The notes: generated by a model from the sequence alone, not told the origin. A stretch of 64,000 nucleotides of DNA from Octopus bimaculoides (GCF_001194135.2 NC_068989.1:61375295-61439294); one strand, 5' to 3'. Shown: positions 12,701 to 27,750, counted from the stretch's first letter. A program made the numbers and translations.

Positions 12701-13720
12701 CGTAACCTAAACATATTTGTGTATGTCTAGAAATTCAATGTTATTACACCTTATATCGTTATTATCAGTTGCAAATATTTAACTTTCGGTCAACGCTTTT
12801 CGAGGTGACATGCGATCTAAAACATTGCATCAATGATCATCATGTTGCATTGTATTACTCCATAATCCTACATTTTTCAAGAGAACTGGTGCTTCTCACA
12901 ACTGTTAGGCAGTTATTATTGGAAAATAAACAACACCGTTGGAGCTTAACTCAAACTGTCAATTGAGGAACAAAAATTACCTGTTTCACGAAAAATTAAA
13001 ATTAACGTAACTGCCAGTACACTGCAGCAGCTGTTGCTACCACTTCTGCTTTCGATAATGCTACTACTATCACAACTTCTTCTGTTGCTGTTGATTTTGT
13101 TACTCCTACGACTACACCTCCTGCCACTTTAGCTGTGTCTGCTTATCCACGTACCATCCTTCTTCTACTCCTCCAGCTACTACAATTCCAACCTCTGTGG
13201 CTGCTATCCCATCAACGTATCACTATCACTTTGCTATAGCTCATCTTCGTTGATTCTGGTACAGACGGAGTTAAAACATATGGCAAGTCTTGGAAATATT
13301 TCATGTTCTCTCGTGACGATCTCATTCCCATAAAATAGCAAATATTTCTTTTACAAGATTAGATATCCACTCCGGTTACACAAAATGCATCAATTACAAG
13401 CGTTGTTTATTTTATTTACATAAAGCTAAAATGAATTCGTACAAACCAGTCTGGTACATCGCTTTTATCTGCCGACTGAAATAATTTTGCATATTTTGCA
13501 TATTTTGCACGGAGAAAATGCATCAATATAAAAATTCGCTTCTCCCCTTACATACGTGTGTGTGTGTCTGTGTGCATGTGTGAGTGCGTGTGTGTGTATA
13601 CATAAATACAGATAGGCATGCATACATACATATATTCGTACATGCATACATAGATACATACGTATATATACAGATATAAATATATATTACGTATGTATAT
13701 ATATACATGTGTGTATATAT

Positions 13721-13774
<54 letters not shown>

Positions 13775-14690
13775 CCATTACGCGGAGTTAGACAAGTAAC
13801 AATTAGACCTATATTTATACATACATACATGCATATTGGTCAGCCATTTTCCTGTTTTAGAGATGCTTTTCTTTTTCTCGGATGATATATTTTGATCATA
13901 TATGCTACAAAGAAAACCTCATTTGTCTGAATCCCAACAAGAAGAGCACGCTATGAATTACATAATATTTACATACAGTTTCTTTCTAGCATACCTGAGC
14001 TACGAATATTCAAGAAGTGCAATATTTTGCACGTAAATTACCGGAGTAAGTGGTTCATACGGGTGTAGACTATAAATACTAGAAATGGTAACGATGAACA
14101 GTACTCTGTCACTTAATTTGGAGTTAATAGACTCATTAGGCGAAAGCAGCAAGATGAAGTAGCGATGTAAAAAGAAAATACAGAATATAGTATATGTGTG
14201 GGACACTAGCTGAGGTCGAATTATGTTGGTAACTAAATGGTTACCTAAAAAGCAGTTAAACGTGTCACCATTGAAGACGGGTTGTCATTGCACAGAACAC
14301 AGGCTATGATACCAGCGATGTGTGGGCAGTACTTTAAAATTTGTCTGTATTAAAATTTAAACAAAATTTGCGCGCGCGCACACACACACACATACACACG
14401 CACACACACATCCAAGCAATTGATACACATGCAGCTAATACACAGCTTACACGTACACCCACATATTCGCGCACCCAGTAAATCATACACAGTGCGCACA
14501 CGCACCTGTATGTTCACAGACCTTAGCAAACAGGATCGTACACGTAAACGAACTGATGGCATCAGCTCTGTCCCACCCACCAGCTTACTCACACGAACAG
14601 CCCCAACACACACGTGCGCTGAGCGGATACACACACTGAGGCATCTGACAACCATATCTACGCACTCACGCAGTTGTTATATATAATAAT

Positions 14691-14795
14691 AATGATAATA
14701 ATAATAATAATAATAATAATGATAATAATAATAATAATGATAATGATAATAATAATGATGATAATGATAATGATAATAATATATTTTAATAATAA
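14691..14795. repeat. (AAT)n/(GAT)n microsatellite
   Basis: Directly visible. Confidence 0.95.
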
Positions 14796-14849
14796 TCTAT
14801 AGTAAAACATACTTTATGCACAATTTTATAGACTTAAGACATAGCTAAA

Positions 14850-15030
14850 GAAAACGGGACCGCAACTGGCCGCCGTGGGAATGGTTGCCAAGTATTGGTG
14901 GTCGACCGTATTGAAGGCTTTAGATTGATGCAAATTGATCAGGGCCCTACATGTTCCACCTTATGTACCTACCCTGTCTATGATATATTGCATGAGATGA
15001 AGGCTGTCATAGATGGATATGTTTGGGATA
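14850..15030 (-). mobile_element. L1/Tx1-clade LINE reverse transcriptase fragment
   Basis: Minus strand 14950-14880 translates as RALINLHQSKAFNTVDHQYLAT (RT motif LDxxKAFDRVDH); homologous to the ORF at 62308-62520. Confidence 0.75.
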
Positions 15031-16869
15031 GCGCATGTTTGCGCAATCAGCAATCGACAACAAGCGCCAACCCTCTTGCTAACACCTGATCAAAGTTTTG
15101 AAATTTGTGTTCATAGGCGTAAAATTTTCTATTTGACACCCGCCCCGTACTTGTTTGGGTCATTTCCTAGTAATGCCGCCTCAACATCTACGTGAAGCTT
15201 TGTGCCAACTGCTAAGGTTATGAAGCCCCATATCGCCTCAACACTTCTTGATCAGCCATTATTAACAATTGCATGCCCTGTCCTAATCAGTTCTGCTTCT
15301 GTATTTTCTGTATGTGCAGAATACTACATTTTCTTAGATACTTATACACCGAAGAGAAATCCTGCCACCAACCAGCAGATGTTGATTTATAGTTGTATAT
15401 TTAATATTCTTACTTTGAATAACCTTTGACCTAGGTAAACTAGGTGAGGAGGATTTCTTCAATCGTTTGGGTGGTTGTTGTAGGCTTTTGGACCTCTTCA
15501 TCTCAGGCGAATCTCACTTCAACAGTTTCATATTTTCTGTTCCTAGCTTTTGCTCTTGTTTTGCTCTTGCAGAATGGTCGCAGTAATTTTTTATATCTGC
15601 TTGCTTGTGTGTTGCCTGCTCTGTTTCCTGTTCTACCAGATTTGTATAGAATTGTCCGCAAATTAGTTTCTCGCTAGACAGATCAAGGAACATCCAGTGC
15701 CATATTTCACCCATATTACTCCAACATACATTTTGCGCATTTGACTTCATTTTCAGTTGTGAAAATTTCTTGACTTATTTGGGGCGCAGCGTCGGCGAAA
15801 CTGCTACCAGCATTTTCCAATGACACCTTTCTCTTGTTCATGTATTTTTTTTCTTTTTTACGTTAATGATGTTTGTGATGGTGGTGGGTTTCCTATTGCT
15901 CCTGGCCATGGTGGTAGATGTGGTAGTGTTCTCGCTAGTGTTGTTGCTCTTTGTTGTAATAAATATTGTAGTGGAATATATAGTTAGTACAATGTGTTGG
16001 CGTGGCTCCATGTATGTTATTGCAAATGTTTATAAAAAGATGGAAGAATAAATTCAAGATCTATATATTTACTACATAAAAATATTTTTTATTTCTTTTA
16101 TCGATGATAATACATGGAATTACATTGTAGAAGCTTCTTGAATGAAGTAATCTATGCAAGAAATTTCAGAGATAGAAAATGTAGAATAACAGCTAAGTGG
16201 TGGTGTAGACAAATAGACGGATATAAAAACGATGTGGATGGCTCTAAGTCTAATCGACCAAGGAGCAAAAAGATGGGTTAGCAATCTATTTTTATTAATG
16301 GAACGCAAGGCGTTCTAGAAACTCCCAAGAGAAACGCTTTCTTCTTGATTAATTAAGAATCACGTCTCATTACATTGATGCTTCTAGAAAGCTTAGAAAA
16401 GGAAAGATTACTCTATGATCTTTCTTACAAAGGATATTATTCAACTATTTAGCTGCCTACACAACTACAATGTCTTTTGTTTTGATGGGGGCACTGAAAT
16501 GTATAGCAGCGGCAAGTTACTTCATACATTGCTGTGTTGTGACTGTTACTGTGCTTGATGTTGTTACTGCTGCTGCTGCCACTGACTTTTACAATTTCGA
16601 TGTTGCTCTGCAAATAACTGGCTGTCCTTTTCGGTGAAAAAGGAGTGCTGGTTAGCCATCTTTCTTATGTAAATGAAAATTGTCGGGTGTGTATGTTACA
16701 TGTAGCCCTTAAGGGCTACATATGAAGGATACCCTAACCTGCTCTCTAAGGTCTAGGTTAGTTCATCTGAGTAACAATACGAAATGTACTATATATAGCA
16801 CCGTGTATCAATATAAATAACAACAAACTTACTTGAGCGACATGAAGTGTCTGTCAATAGATGAACCAC

Positions 16870-17840
16870 AATAATAACATTTTTTTTTTATTAACCACTA
16901 AGGGTTCGGTACAGCACAATACATTGTTAAGGTATTATAAAAGGCGTGTAAATATAAAAAAAAACAATCACAATATAAAATTATAGCAATGAATAATTCC
17001 CCAAAACACTGAGGCGTCCTAGATTTGCTCGTAGGGACAACACAATATCACAGGGAATCTGACATCTAGTGTAAGTGTCAAATCCACATCCTTCAACATT
17101 TAGAAGTATGGTAAGTGTAGAACCGTTCATTGAGAACGTTTTCGCAACATTTTCGCAACCAGCTTTTAACATAATTGCTGGGAGGCAGCACTTCCCTCTC
17201 TTCCATCACCCTCCTTTTCAAGTTGACAAGGGCTTAACCTAAGAAGAACGTATCTGTCATCTGCCATTTCAATTTGTTCTGCAACACAACCTTTGTCACT
17301 AAGGCCTCCAGGAAAATAAACACTGCCTGCACTTCCCGACCAAAAGAACGCAGCATGACGATTTTCTTAATCGCGGCCAAAGGAAGGGGACATGGCGATC
17401 TTCAGTATCCCGGTCAAAGGAAGACGACGTGGCGATATTCATAATCCTATAATCCCGGTCAAAGGGAACCGGCGTGGTGATCCTCATAATGTACTCAGCC
17501 GATAACCGGATCCGCCTTACACGTGACAGGAGTTCGACGTAAACGAGAGGCGTAGAATAGTCTCGTCGCTCTCCGCTCATTTCGGTCAAGCTGAGCTGCC
17601 AGCACTTCCATGCCTGTAGATCGTAACACGAACCGGCAATGCTCCCCCACACCGGTAGCACTGCCAGGCCAAGATTTACTGCAAGTTATTCATAGATCCC
17701 GGTCCGAAAATCCTTCTGAACCGACTCGCCGGTTGATTCTTGTCGATGCCCAGAGAGGACGTTGCATTGCCCTATCACCGTCTACACTTGATCCACGGCT
17801 GCAGCTCTGTAAAACACGATCTGCGGAAGAACGTGTCTAG
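16870..17840 (-). mobile_element. L1/Tx1-clade LINE 3' end (ORF2 C-terminus plus 3' UTR)
   Basis: GC-richer block. Frameshifted translation gives LAWQCYR..GALPVR..IYRHGSAGSSA*P...SDETIL (decayed Cys-rich region), YVELLSRVRRIRLSAEYIMRI (ORF 17299-17661) and NVAKTFSMNGSTLTILL (ORF 16981-17172). Ends in an A-rich tract near 16880. Confidence 0.65.
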
Positions 17841-19544
17841 CAAACGTATTTTGTTTATCTTCAGATAATATCTGTTTTGTTTTTTTTAATGAAAATACAC
17901 AGAAGTCAGAACATGCAACATGTTGAATGATGAAAGAAAAATAGCAATAACAAATTAAAGATACCGGTTTATGTCCTTATGCCAAATTTTGTTAGACCCC
18001 AGTCTGATGAAATATGATTTACTTGGCATATATTTGCACTGATTTAAATATTCTTTTTCCATCGTTATCTTTCTTAAAGGCTAGTTCGGCAGTTGCATTT
18101 TCAATTATACAATGCAATTGTCTTAAAGGCTTAAAAAAGTTATGCAAAGACATATCAATGCGTGTATCCGTTTGATATATAATATTTGCATTCGAAATTT
18201 GTGAACTAACATATTTGCTGAAATGTTATGTTCTATGAAAAGTCTTTATCCAAAAGTCTGCACTCACATACATATCTTGGAGATATACAAAGGAGCATAA
18301 TTTGATATGTATGTTGATATTTTATTACTGTATTTCTAAATGACTAAGCAACATCAATATTCTCATGTTACATAATAACATTCTTTGATCATTTGTTAGA
18401 TCAAAGGAATGAAGTACGCTTTTGTAATAGTATACTTTCATCATTAGCAATATTCATTCTAATGCTACTTGAGACAAATAGAAATGACGTTTGAAATATG
18501 TGTGCTTTTCACTTTGTAATATATCTTCACTATCTACCACTATGAAACCACTTTGATAATCTTCCATGCAATTTTCTCGCACACATCAACATAATGTACA
18601 ACTTTCAAAAAAGAAAATGTTTTTTTCATCGGTAATTGGAATGTAATGGGATATATTTTATAATACTTTTGTAGAATGCAGATAATGCCTTTACGTTATG
18701 CATTTACGAATTTACACTTGTTTTTGCCACTGGACTGGACAGCCATCAAATGCAATGAAGTGATCATCCTAGGTCTCAGGAAACAAAACATTATTTTCAG
18801 TCCGTTCTCACTAAACAGGTCAGATGCAACTTACGTCAGTAAGGTTACTCACCAACAGCAGATTCCACACGATTTTCTAACAGAATGATCGAAGAAAACG
18901 TTTCTGACGTTGTCATTGGAACTCTGCACATTTCATCTGGCAATTCTGCTTATTTCATCAGACACCCCATTAACAATTTACTTTGCAGGACCAATTTCGA
19001 TAAAAGTATTTATCTTGATCTATTCAATATTTCGATGTTGGCTAGAGATAGTTATTAATGCCATAATGAATTGCAGCTTTTTGAAGTAACTGTACTTCAT
19101 AAACACAGCCTCTTGCGCAAATGGGATATTACAACGTGTCAACCAAAATTATCCTTTCACAATAAAGATCCCGGTTAGTGACATAACAGCAAGCAAGTCA
19201 GCTTGCGATAGCATAAGTGATTAAAATGTATTCCACCAACTTGAAGATTTCCTTCGTAAAGGTAAGGGCCCGTAAGTCACATATAGTTTTACAGCGCTGC
19301 GAGATCGGTCACACAGCAGCTACACTATTACACCCAAATATTGTTAATGAATAATCTTTGACAATATGTTGGGTGAAAATTCCATTCTTAACAGGACATG
19401 TGTATCACCCGTCTGTTGTCTTGTAATAAGCCGTCATAATTTTGTATTCGTTAAGTGCTTAAGCTGCCAGTAACCCGGCTTTGATGCATATCCTAGATGA
19501 CATAGTAACAATACCCTTCACTTAAAACTTTCTCGTGTACATGT

Positions 19545-19596
<52 letters not shown>

Positions 19597-19735
19597 TAAT
19601 ACACATAGTTATATATATATATGTATATACACATTTTGTATAAATATATTTGTATATATATGTGTATATATATATATGTATGTATATATGACTGCATGTA
19701 CATATAACGCATATGTACACAAATATATAGTCAGA

Positions 19736-19779
<44 letters not shown>

Positions 19780-19780
19780 T
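19545..19780. repeat. Compound (CA)n/(TA)n microsatellite
   Basis: Directly visible. Confidence 0.95.
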
Positions 19781-22700
19781 ACATCAAAAACTGGTTATCT
19801 TTTCACAAAGCAATTTTCTCTTTTATGTTTTATTTTACATAAATCGTTAAGTGACGCTATTCGATGGTGCAATATTATTTTAAATTGCAATCGACGATTA
19901 GCTTAATTAGAAAATGCCACATATTTTGTACCTCAAACGTTTCTGATACACATTTATCTAAGTTAAATCATATTTTAATATTACTTTGAGTCTCACGTGT
20001 TAGCAAACCTAACATTGTAATTGAGCGTTTCAAAATACAATAAAGCGATAGAAAACCAAATAATGCTTCTACATTTGAAAGTAATCGATTAATCAGGTGT
20101 GTGTGTCTATGTTATCGTCTTTGTTTGATACTTATATACGCTTGGGCGTCTTTATATAATTTTGTGAAACATTTTATTTCCGTAAAGTATCTTCGTTTCT
20201 GTGAGTGTGTGTGTTGTAAATTGATGTTGTTCGGTATAATGTTTCTATGTACATCTATCTATGTACATCTATCTCTGCTAGCGTGTTATGCAATTTAAGT
20301 GGTTTTCTTCAATATAGGGAGGTTGGTAATATCAAGTGTTATAGTTTCTGTATAAGACTGTAACGTGTCCCTAGGATGGTACGTCACTATACTTTTATTG
20401 CGCCTTAGAACAATTGAGATGTTTTCCATGCTTTTGGTAGGAGTGATTGTAGCAGTTGTGAGTGGTCATAATTTCAGGCGTTCTGTGATATTTAGCCTGT
20501 GGATATGCGTGTCTTTCAATGTTGTGCTTCTTTAAATGTCTATATAAATGTTGGGTCTATGAAATGCTTCACATCGAGACGGCCTTCTAAAGTAAGTGTT
20601 GAGAAACGTTTAATGAGAGATAAGCCGGGGATATTAGTGTATTTAACATCGTCATTGTAACAAGGTATGCGATTTGGTCATGTTTGCTGCCTCTTCATTA
20701 GCCTTCTAATTACAAAGTATAAGATTTTATTTGTTATATACGGCTGGATTAAAGTTTTCCGCAAGTTCTTGTTCCTTACGTATATTTTTCTTGATATTTC
20801 CTCGCTCAGTTGTTTAATTATTTATGTCGTGCATGATGTCGGTGTATTGTGTTCTAAGTTTCTCCCTGGTTTTTAAGTGCGAGTTATATCTAATGTCTAA
20901 ATAGCGTTGTGTTGTATTTTATGGTTTGTTTGGTTGGATATATTTCAACTTTCTGGACTATGTCCTGAAAGGTCGATTATGCTATATTGAATTCTTGGAA
21001 AAATAGAAATACTTTCGCTTGCTTGAATTGGTTAACATTACTGGAAAATTTTCAAATTTCGTTACGTATTTTCATGTGGAAAATGTGTGTGGGTGTTCTC
21101 AATCATAATGATTTCCAGGGAAAATGATTGGTTGCTCACCAAGACATATCTTCCATGTATTCGTTGAGTAACAGAGTTCTTGACTACTTTAGTGGTTATT
21201 TGAATAGCATGAAAACATTTAGCAATCTTAAAGAGAATTGGGAGTGTATTCATTGCAAATTGTCTTCCACTTGGAAATTAGTTCACGTAAAACATTGCAA
21301 TCTACAAAGTACATGGTGGATCTGGATTACGGTAACTTGACAATGATGCATTTCTTAAAGATCTTAAATATGTAAGTGTAAAACAGTTTTAAATTGAAAA
21401 TCACTAAACGATAAATATGCCTACCTGAACACAAATAAATACTCGTGTTAAATATATTTTTAAAAATCTAGGGTACGTTTTCATTTAAATCATTATTGCA
21501 TACAATAGGAACAAATCGAGGCGATAAGTGTTCACAGTTGTCATTTATGTATAGACAGCCATGTAATGGAATCTAGGGAATTTTCTATCAATTAAGAATG
21601 TTATCTACAGCGATTAGTATTGGAAAGTACGTCACGATATTATTTCAACTAGAAGTGGGAGATAATTGAAAGGGTGTATTTTGAATGCTTTGTGAATACT
21701 CACAGGGAATCGACTATAATGTATCAAATAAAAGAAAGAACTGTTTTTAGCAACATGTAACTCGTCTTTGTGAGCATTTCTAAGAAAACCGATAAATTAA
21801 AAATAAGGTGAAATTTATCTCTTTCAAGAATGAGTTTTTATTATGTAACTATGAATGTTTTATTATTGTTTAATAGTTCTGTGTGTTTCTTGTGTCTATT
21901 TAATCAACTTCCACAACCCAAAACTGTTGCTAAAAGGAAATAAATCCAATTTGATAGTAATAAAAACTACATTAACATGAAGAATACGGTGTTTAGTTCA
22001 AATTAAATGCCCTCGTACAGGAGAAAGAATAATAGTTTATTTTGTACCTGACTGATGTAGAAATGCAATTTATTTCAACTTGAGATTTTAGAGATTTGTT
22101 TTATTATTTTTATTTCATTGCAATTCAAGGGCCTATTGTACTATTTCGAGTATATGAGTATGTTTAATCATTACACACCGTACAATAGGAAACTCATTTG
22201 CTATGAAGTTTCATTAAAAAGAAGAAACATTAAATAAATGACATGACTGTGACACATATAGAACATTAGTGATTATTTGCTTTTCTTTACATAAAAACAA
22301 GCAAGAAACATTTGAGTGAGCCTCAAAGCAAAAGATAAGCGCTCAGTAAAAATAAACATTTTGCGGTTTCAAATTTCCTAGCTGATTCCTGTCAATTACT
22401 TAATAGAAGCCGTTAAATGTATAATCTCCACAGGACAGTTCTTGAATTCGCTTATCACAGTCCATTCTTTATGAGCATGAAAATATTGCCATCACACACA
22501 CGCAATTACACCAACACGCACACATACATAAACACACAAACGCATACATAATGTTGAGAAGTAAAACACGAAATATTATCCAGTAGTCTTATTTTGTTAA
22601 AGTGCTTTCACTGTACTACCGAGCACAGCACTGTGTGCCCTGGGTAAGTACTGTCGTTTGTGTTGGTGCTCTTATTTTTACTATAATTGAAAGTGCTTTA

Positions 22701-23149
22701 CGTTGCGCAGAGCCTAGTAGTGCTATTTTCTGTGTTATTATTATTTTCATATACAGTCAACAGGTTACACTATTCGAAAACAAAAGAATCTTAACATCGG
22801 GTTATAGTAAGTAACCTTAGATGCTAAGTACACACCTATTGGATGACAGCAAGTAGCCTTAGGTGCCAAAAACCCGCCTAAGTATCTTAGCTGTCCCTAA
22901 TAACAATATTTTCTCCTGCTGTACGAAACTGGATTTTATTTTATTTCCCCTATCCATCCTCCACTTTCGAATGTATACTTTAATGTCACTTTCCGCTGTA
23001 ATTGTGTTAGGATTATCATACGAATAACAAACGGCAATGGTGATAGGGTATCTACTTGAAATACGCCTGTCTTGATACTAACCCATGACAAAAATTTTCC
23101 ATGTTAAGTTAACTATGTATTCTAGTTCTTCATTGATTTCCTAATAACC

Positions 23150-23620
23150 TAATAAAATTTGTTATGTTACCGACTCAAGACTTGTACCGACTCAAGACTT
23201 TGTAAACTTCATGAATGTATAACCATGTCATACGCTTCCTTACAATTGATCCATGACATGCTCAGGTTTCTTGCAGTCGTTCAGTACCAATCTCTCTATC
23301 AGAAGTTGGTCTTTTGTCAAGGGGCTTTTCCTTCTGCATATCTTTTGTGCCACTGGCAGTTTGTCAATCATTTCCAGGATGTTATGCATATAATTAGATA
23401 TTCCTGTTATCAGCTTCCACATCAGGGGAAGGCAGGTGACAAGCCAGCAATATTCCATAGCTTTGCATTTACCTGAATCTTTTTGACAAAGAATTGTTTT
23501 ACCTGTGGTCAGCCACTTTGGGGTTTGCGCCACGTTGTTGATGATTTTATCTTCTGTTTGTTTTGTATTTGTACAAGTTGATTCCAAGTCTCACACAAAG
23601 ACCTCAAGAAACATGTTATA
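23150..23620 (-). mobile_element. R4/Dong-clade (RLE) non-LTR retrotransposon RT fragment
   Basis: ORF 23240-23587: PKWLTTGKTILCQKD...VTCLPLMWKLITGI...LPVAQKICRRKS..TKDQLLIERLVLNDCKK, continuing after a frameshift as NLSMSWINCKEAYDMV (AWIDYxKAYDxV motif). Confidence 0.85.
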
Positions 23621-23818
23621 GAAGTTGAAGTTAGTATTATGAAAAGAGTGTCAGACTTTTGGTTTGCACAGAGTATTATTCTAGAAAATGTCTGTCAAAA
23701 CATAAGAAAATTAGAAGTTTGTTTTAAAAGAAATTTCGTTATAAGATGATAGTGTGATATTAAGGTGACAGTAACAGATGTTTGCTATTATGTACATTTA
23801 AAAGTACTTTTGATAATG

Positions 23819-23819
<1 letters not shown>

Positions 23820-23878
<59 letters not shown>
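23820..23878. repeat. (TTA)n microsatellite
   Basis: Directly visible. Confidence 0.95.
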
Positions 23879-23880
<2 letters not shown>

Positions 23881-26800
23881 TAGTACTCTCTTTCAATTTT
23901 GTTTCCATTTATCGTCAAGTTTCCTCCCAGCATCTAGGGGGAAGAAACGTACTGTATTCGTTGATAAGCCATTAAAAGACACACACCAGTGTGTTCCTTT
24001 GCAAAATCAATGTTATGAAAAGAAATTGTTTCCAAGGATGGTAATCGATTTCACAGCGACAATGCTCTTCTCAGTACGTGAGACGTGTCAGCTAAAGCAA
24101 TTTTGTGGGTAATGTTTACAGGTATGATAAGCAAGAGATCTTTCTCTAATAATTGTCTGTCTCTTCTTTATATCGTTCCTAGTGTCACTACAATAACTGG
24201 TATTTGAAACGCTTTAAAATGCTAAATTTCAATTTCAGTGACGAAATCTTCATAATGTCTGATCTTGTGAGACACTTGCCACAATTTTATGATACTCATA
24301 TCAAACAATAAACATTATATTACTTAGGTCCTTCAGAACAATATCCAGTTTATAAGCTTTCATGTTTGTATGTACAAGGAAATCCCAAAGATTTGTTACG
24401 TTTTCTTCCTCGGTTACAGCCTCAAGGCTGTCAACAATTATGATTTTATAATGCCGATATATTTAAGCAGTATATGGGTTGGTCATCTCTGTCATTTGTT
24501 AATTTATACTCTACTGGCACTAAAACTTTACATCCAAAAATTAAGCTGTCCACTTGTTCATTCTCATTATTCAAAAGTTGGCAATTTGGCATTGCATATT
24601 ATATAACAGATAACTAGCTATTCACCATATAAGTCGATTTAAGTAATGTCTTGTATGTATTAATAACTTCTCGAGCTATATTTTAGTGTATTTAGTTATA
24701 TTCCATTGTGATTTGAGTCGTACATCCACTGATATTTACTTTGTCTTCTGTTCGCCGGATGTCATTAAAATAATGCCTAATATCTACAAACACAAACATC
24801 AAATATTTGACAAGTAACTAGCGTTGGTTACCAAGTTTATTATTTACTTTCATAAACAACCTGAAAATGTGATATATTTCAAACATTTAATTCGGGTAAA
24901 GTTTATTCCTTTCACTAAATCATTAACCACCATTATTGCTCTTCAAAAAAAAAAAAAATCCAAAAAGCAACAGAACGAGGTTAGTTTTATGCACTATAAC
25001 ATGTTTTATAGAAATATTGCCTATTAAAACATTATAGCGCTTTAACTACATTTGAATTTAATCTATTTGGCGTTCACGTCTATATGGTTTTAGAGTTTTG
25101 TATTATTTACTTCTAAAAGATCTATATATTTTTGTTTCAGATTGTATTTTATGAAAGTTTTAAATATAGATTATGTGTCAAAGAGTGAATCCTGCAGGAA
25201 ATTAAAATGGTATCGAATATCACGACGTTAATTGGAAAAAAAAAAGTCTAAATATATTCCAGTGGGTACAACTATTTAAAAATTAATTTTCATAGACGCT
25301 TGTATACTAGAAATTCTCATTAACTGGGAAGATAAGAGCAAATATTTACTGGTTTATTTCCTTACATTTCTGTGACCTGATTAAAGTATGCAGAAATTTC
25401 TTTTTTGTTTCTGATTCCTATAACTTGCACTCTCTAGTTTGTACAATCATACTGTGAATAACCCTGTTATGTCGTTTAAAAAATATAGATAATGTTTATG
25501 TTCAAATATTTCATATTCAAGTGTACTAATTCACACCCTAGACTTGAAACGTACTTAAAATGAAATTTTGAAAACCACTTTAACTATGTTTCCGTGTGCT
25601 TTCAGAAGATAATAATGTCATTCCATTCAATTTGGTCTATGTTTATATGTGCTGGGGGTTAGCAAGTGTACAAGTTAGTATGTTGATGCTGCTGCTGAGA
25701 GAGAACACGTTTTATAAAAACTAATGGAAAAATATTAAGGAAATAGATTTTTTCAAATTTATATTGGAGTATTAATATTAATACTTTATTATTGATTTTT
25801 GGTGGGAAACAGATACTATTGAAAATATTAGAATATTTTACAGTGTAAAGTGACAAAGTCCTGACGGGAGTACTTTGCGATACGCTTTCTATTTAGGATC
25901 AGTGCTAATTCATGTAAATACAAATATTAATTTTGTCGATGATGTCGAAAGGTGGTTTGAAGTTCCCCATCTCTTCTAAGTGACTAATCATTTACTACCT
26001 ATAAGCTTCTTGTATTTTTTGACCCAAACAACTTTAAAATTGGTGCTTGGGTTCATCATCTTACAACTCTCCAGATGGAACAAATTTGAACGTCCGTGTG
26101 GACAGACGCCCTTTTGGGGTGTGTTTGTAAGCGCCTCGTTCTTTCCAGAGTACGCCTGTGTTTCTTAATTTTGACACCACAGATTATTTCTTTTGTTTTG
26201 TTATGTTTTTGAACTGCCACAGCTAATTACCTGATATATCAATTTTTCATTAGGTAGTATAGAATTGCTTGCTCTGAAACCAGCTAGCTGCTGAAGTGAT
26301 GGGGGAATCTACCTTATGATAGTGACATTAATTTCAAAGCGATACCACTTCGATTTAAAATCCCATTGAAAAACATGTGAGGTAAGATGTGTGACCTCTA
26401 GAAGTAGCAGTAAAATTAACTCTTCTCTTGATCTCTAAAGATTGCTATTTTTGTATTTTGTTCTACGTCCGGACAGAAAATGAACAGGTGAATCTTACAC
26501 TTGAATTTCTAGATCCCCTCCATGAAATACAAGAATGATTGATGCCTTAGAGCATCCTATTACATAATTCATGTACAACCCTCACTGCAAATTGCATATA
26601 CCGTATAAAATATTGAATAACACATACCACACAGTATGTATTACACGAAATTGTCAGTTAATAGTTTATAAAACAGTACATAATTCATGTGACCAACACC
26701 TAAGGAAAAAAAATGATTGCATTATTTAAAACTTAGACTAATCTGTATATATTGAAATATAAAGGAAATACTGACATTAGTTTTGATTAACAATATGTAT

Positions 26801-27401
26801 TAATGAGAGTTTTCTCGGAGTGGAGGGAAGTGTTCTCGTATCAAAAAATAGTGAGAAGGAAAAAGCAATCCTGTAACCAAAATCCACAGGGATAAATGAC
26901 ATAAAATCTAGTGTTCAACTCGCTATTTTAACTTCTACACATTCCTGCAACCGATAGAAATTAAATGGATATATCAACATCTTGCCTCATATCCCTATAG
27001 TAACCCATCATATATTTACCACAACACCTTGAAGAATTTTGATTAATTGAAATTATCCGTATAATAGAGAAAAAATATTTCTCTAGGAATGTTTATAAAA
27101 TGTCTAAAACTCATAAAACAATCGGTATTATAGGAAAATGCATTGAAATTCGCTAACTCTGCCTTATGGAAAATAAGGACGTTTAGGAAGTATATCATTT
27201 TTAGGTGTTGTGACATCGATCAGAATACATCTGAGGTGTATTCTATTTCATAGAGGTGTATTCTATGATATATGTGTATTCTATTTCATAGACACATTTA
27301 TAAAGCGCTCTGCAGTTGCTATCAAATGACACATCAACTACGAATTAACTGCTCCTTTATTTTTCCAAAAGACTGGATTAACTAATTATATTGACTTTAG
27401 T

Positions 27402-27750
27402 GAAGGCGCATGGCTCGGTGGTTAGAATGTCAGACTCAAAATCTTGAGGTAGTGAGTTCGATTCTCGGACCGGACTGTGTGTTCTGTTCTTGAGCAAGAC
27501 ACATTATTTCACAGTGTTCCAGTTCACACAGCTGTAGAAATGAGTTGCGACGTCACTGGTGCCAAGCTGTATCGGCCCTTGGCTTTCCCGTGGATAACAT
27601 CAGTGAGGTGGAGAGGGAAGGCTGGTGTGCATGGGAGACTGCTTGTCTTTCATAAACAATCTTGCTCGGACTTATGCCTCGGAGGGTAACTTTATATGTG
27701 CAATCCCATGATCATTCATGACCGAAGGGGGTTTTTACCCTTTACTCTTT
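27402..27750 (+). mobile_element. tRNA-derived CORE-SINE, near full length
   Basis: A-box tggctcggtgg, B-box gagttcgattct, CORE-like cttgagcaagacacattatttcacagtgttccagttcacacagctg, then a body ending in ttttacccttt. Confidence 0.85.

Noticed and set aside
15030-15800. Extension of the Tx1 RT fragment
   Set aside because: Translation does not continue the RT; it may be a separate, very old LINE endonuclease region but is too decayed to call.
18880-19540. Possible degenerate mariner on the minus strand
   Set aside because: Only a weak TIR-like end and no convincing catalytic motif.
22603-22650. 41 nt pseudo-exon (CFHCTTEHSTVCPG) ending in GG/GTAAGT
   Set aside because: Weak acceptor and no partner exons. 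The surroundings look like an interspersed repeat, from recollection and unverified.
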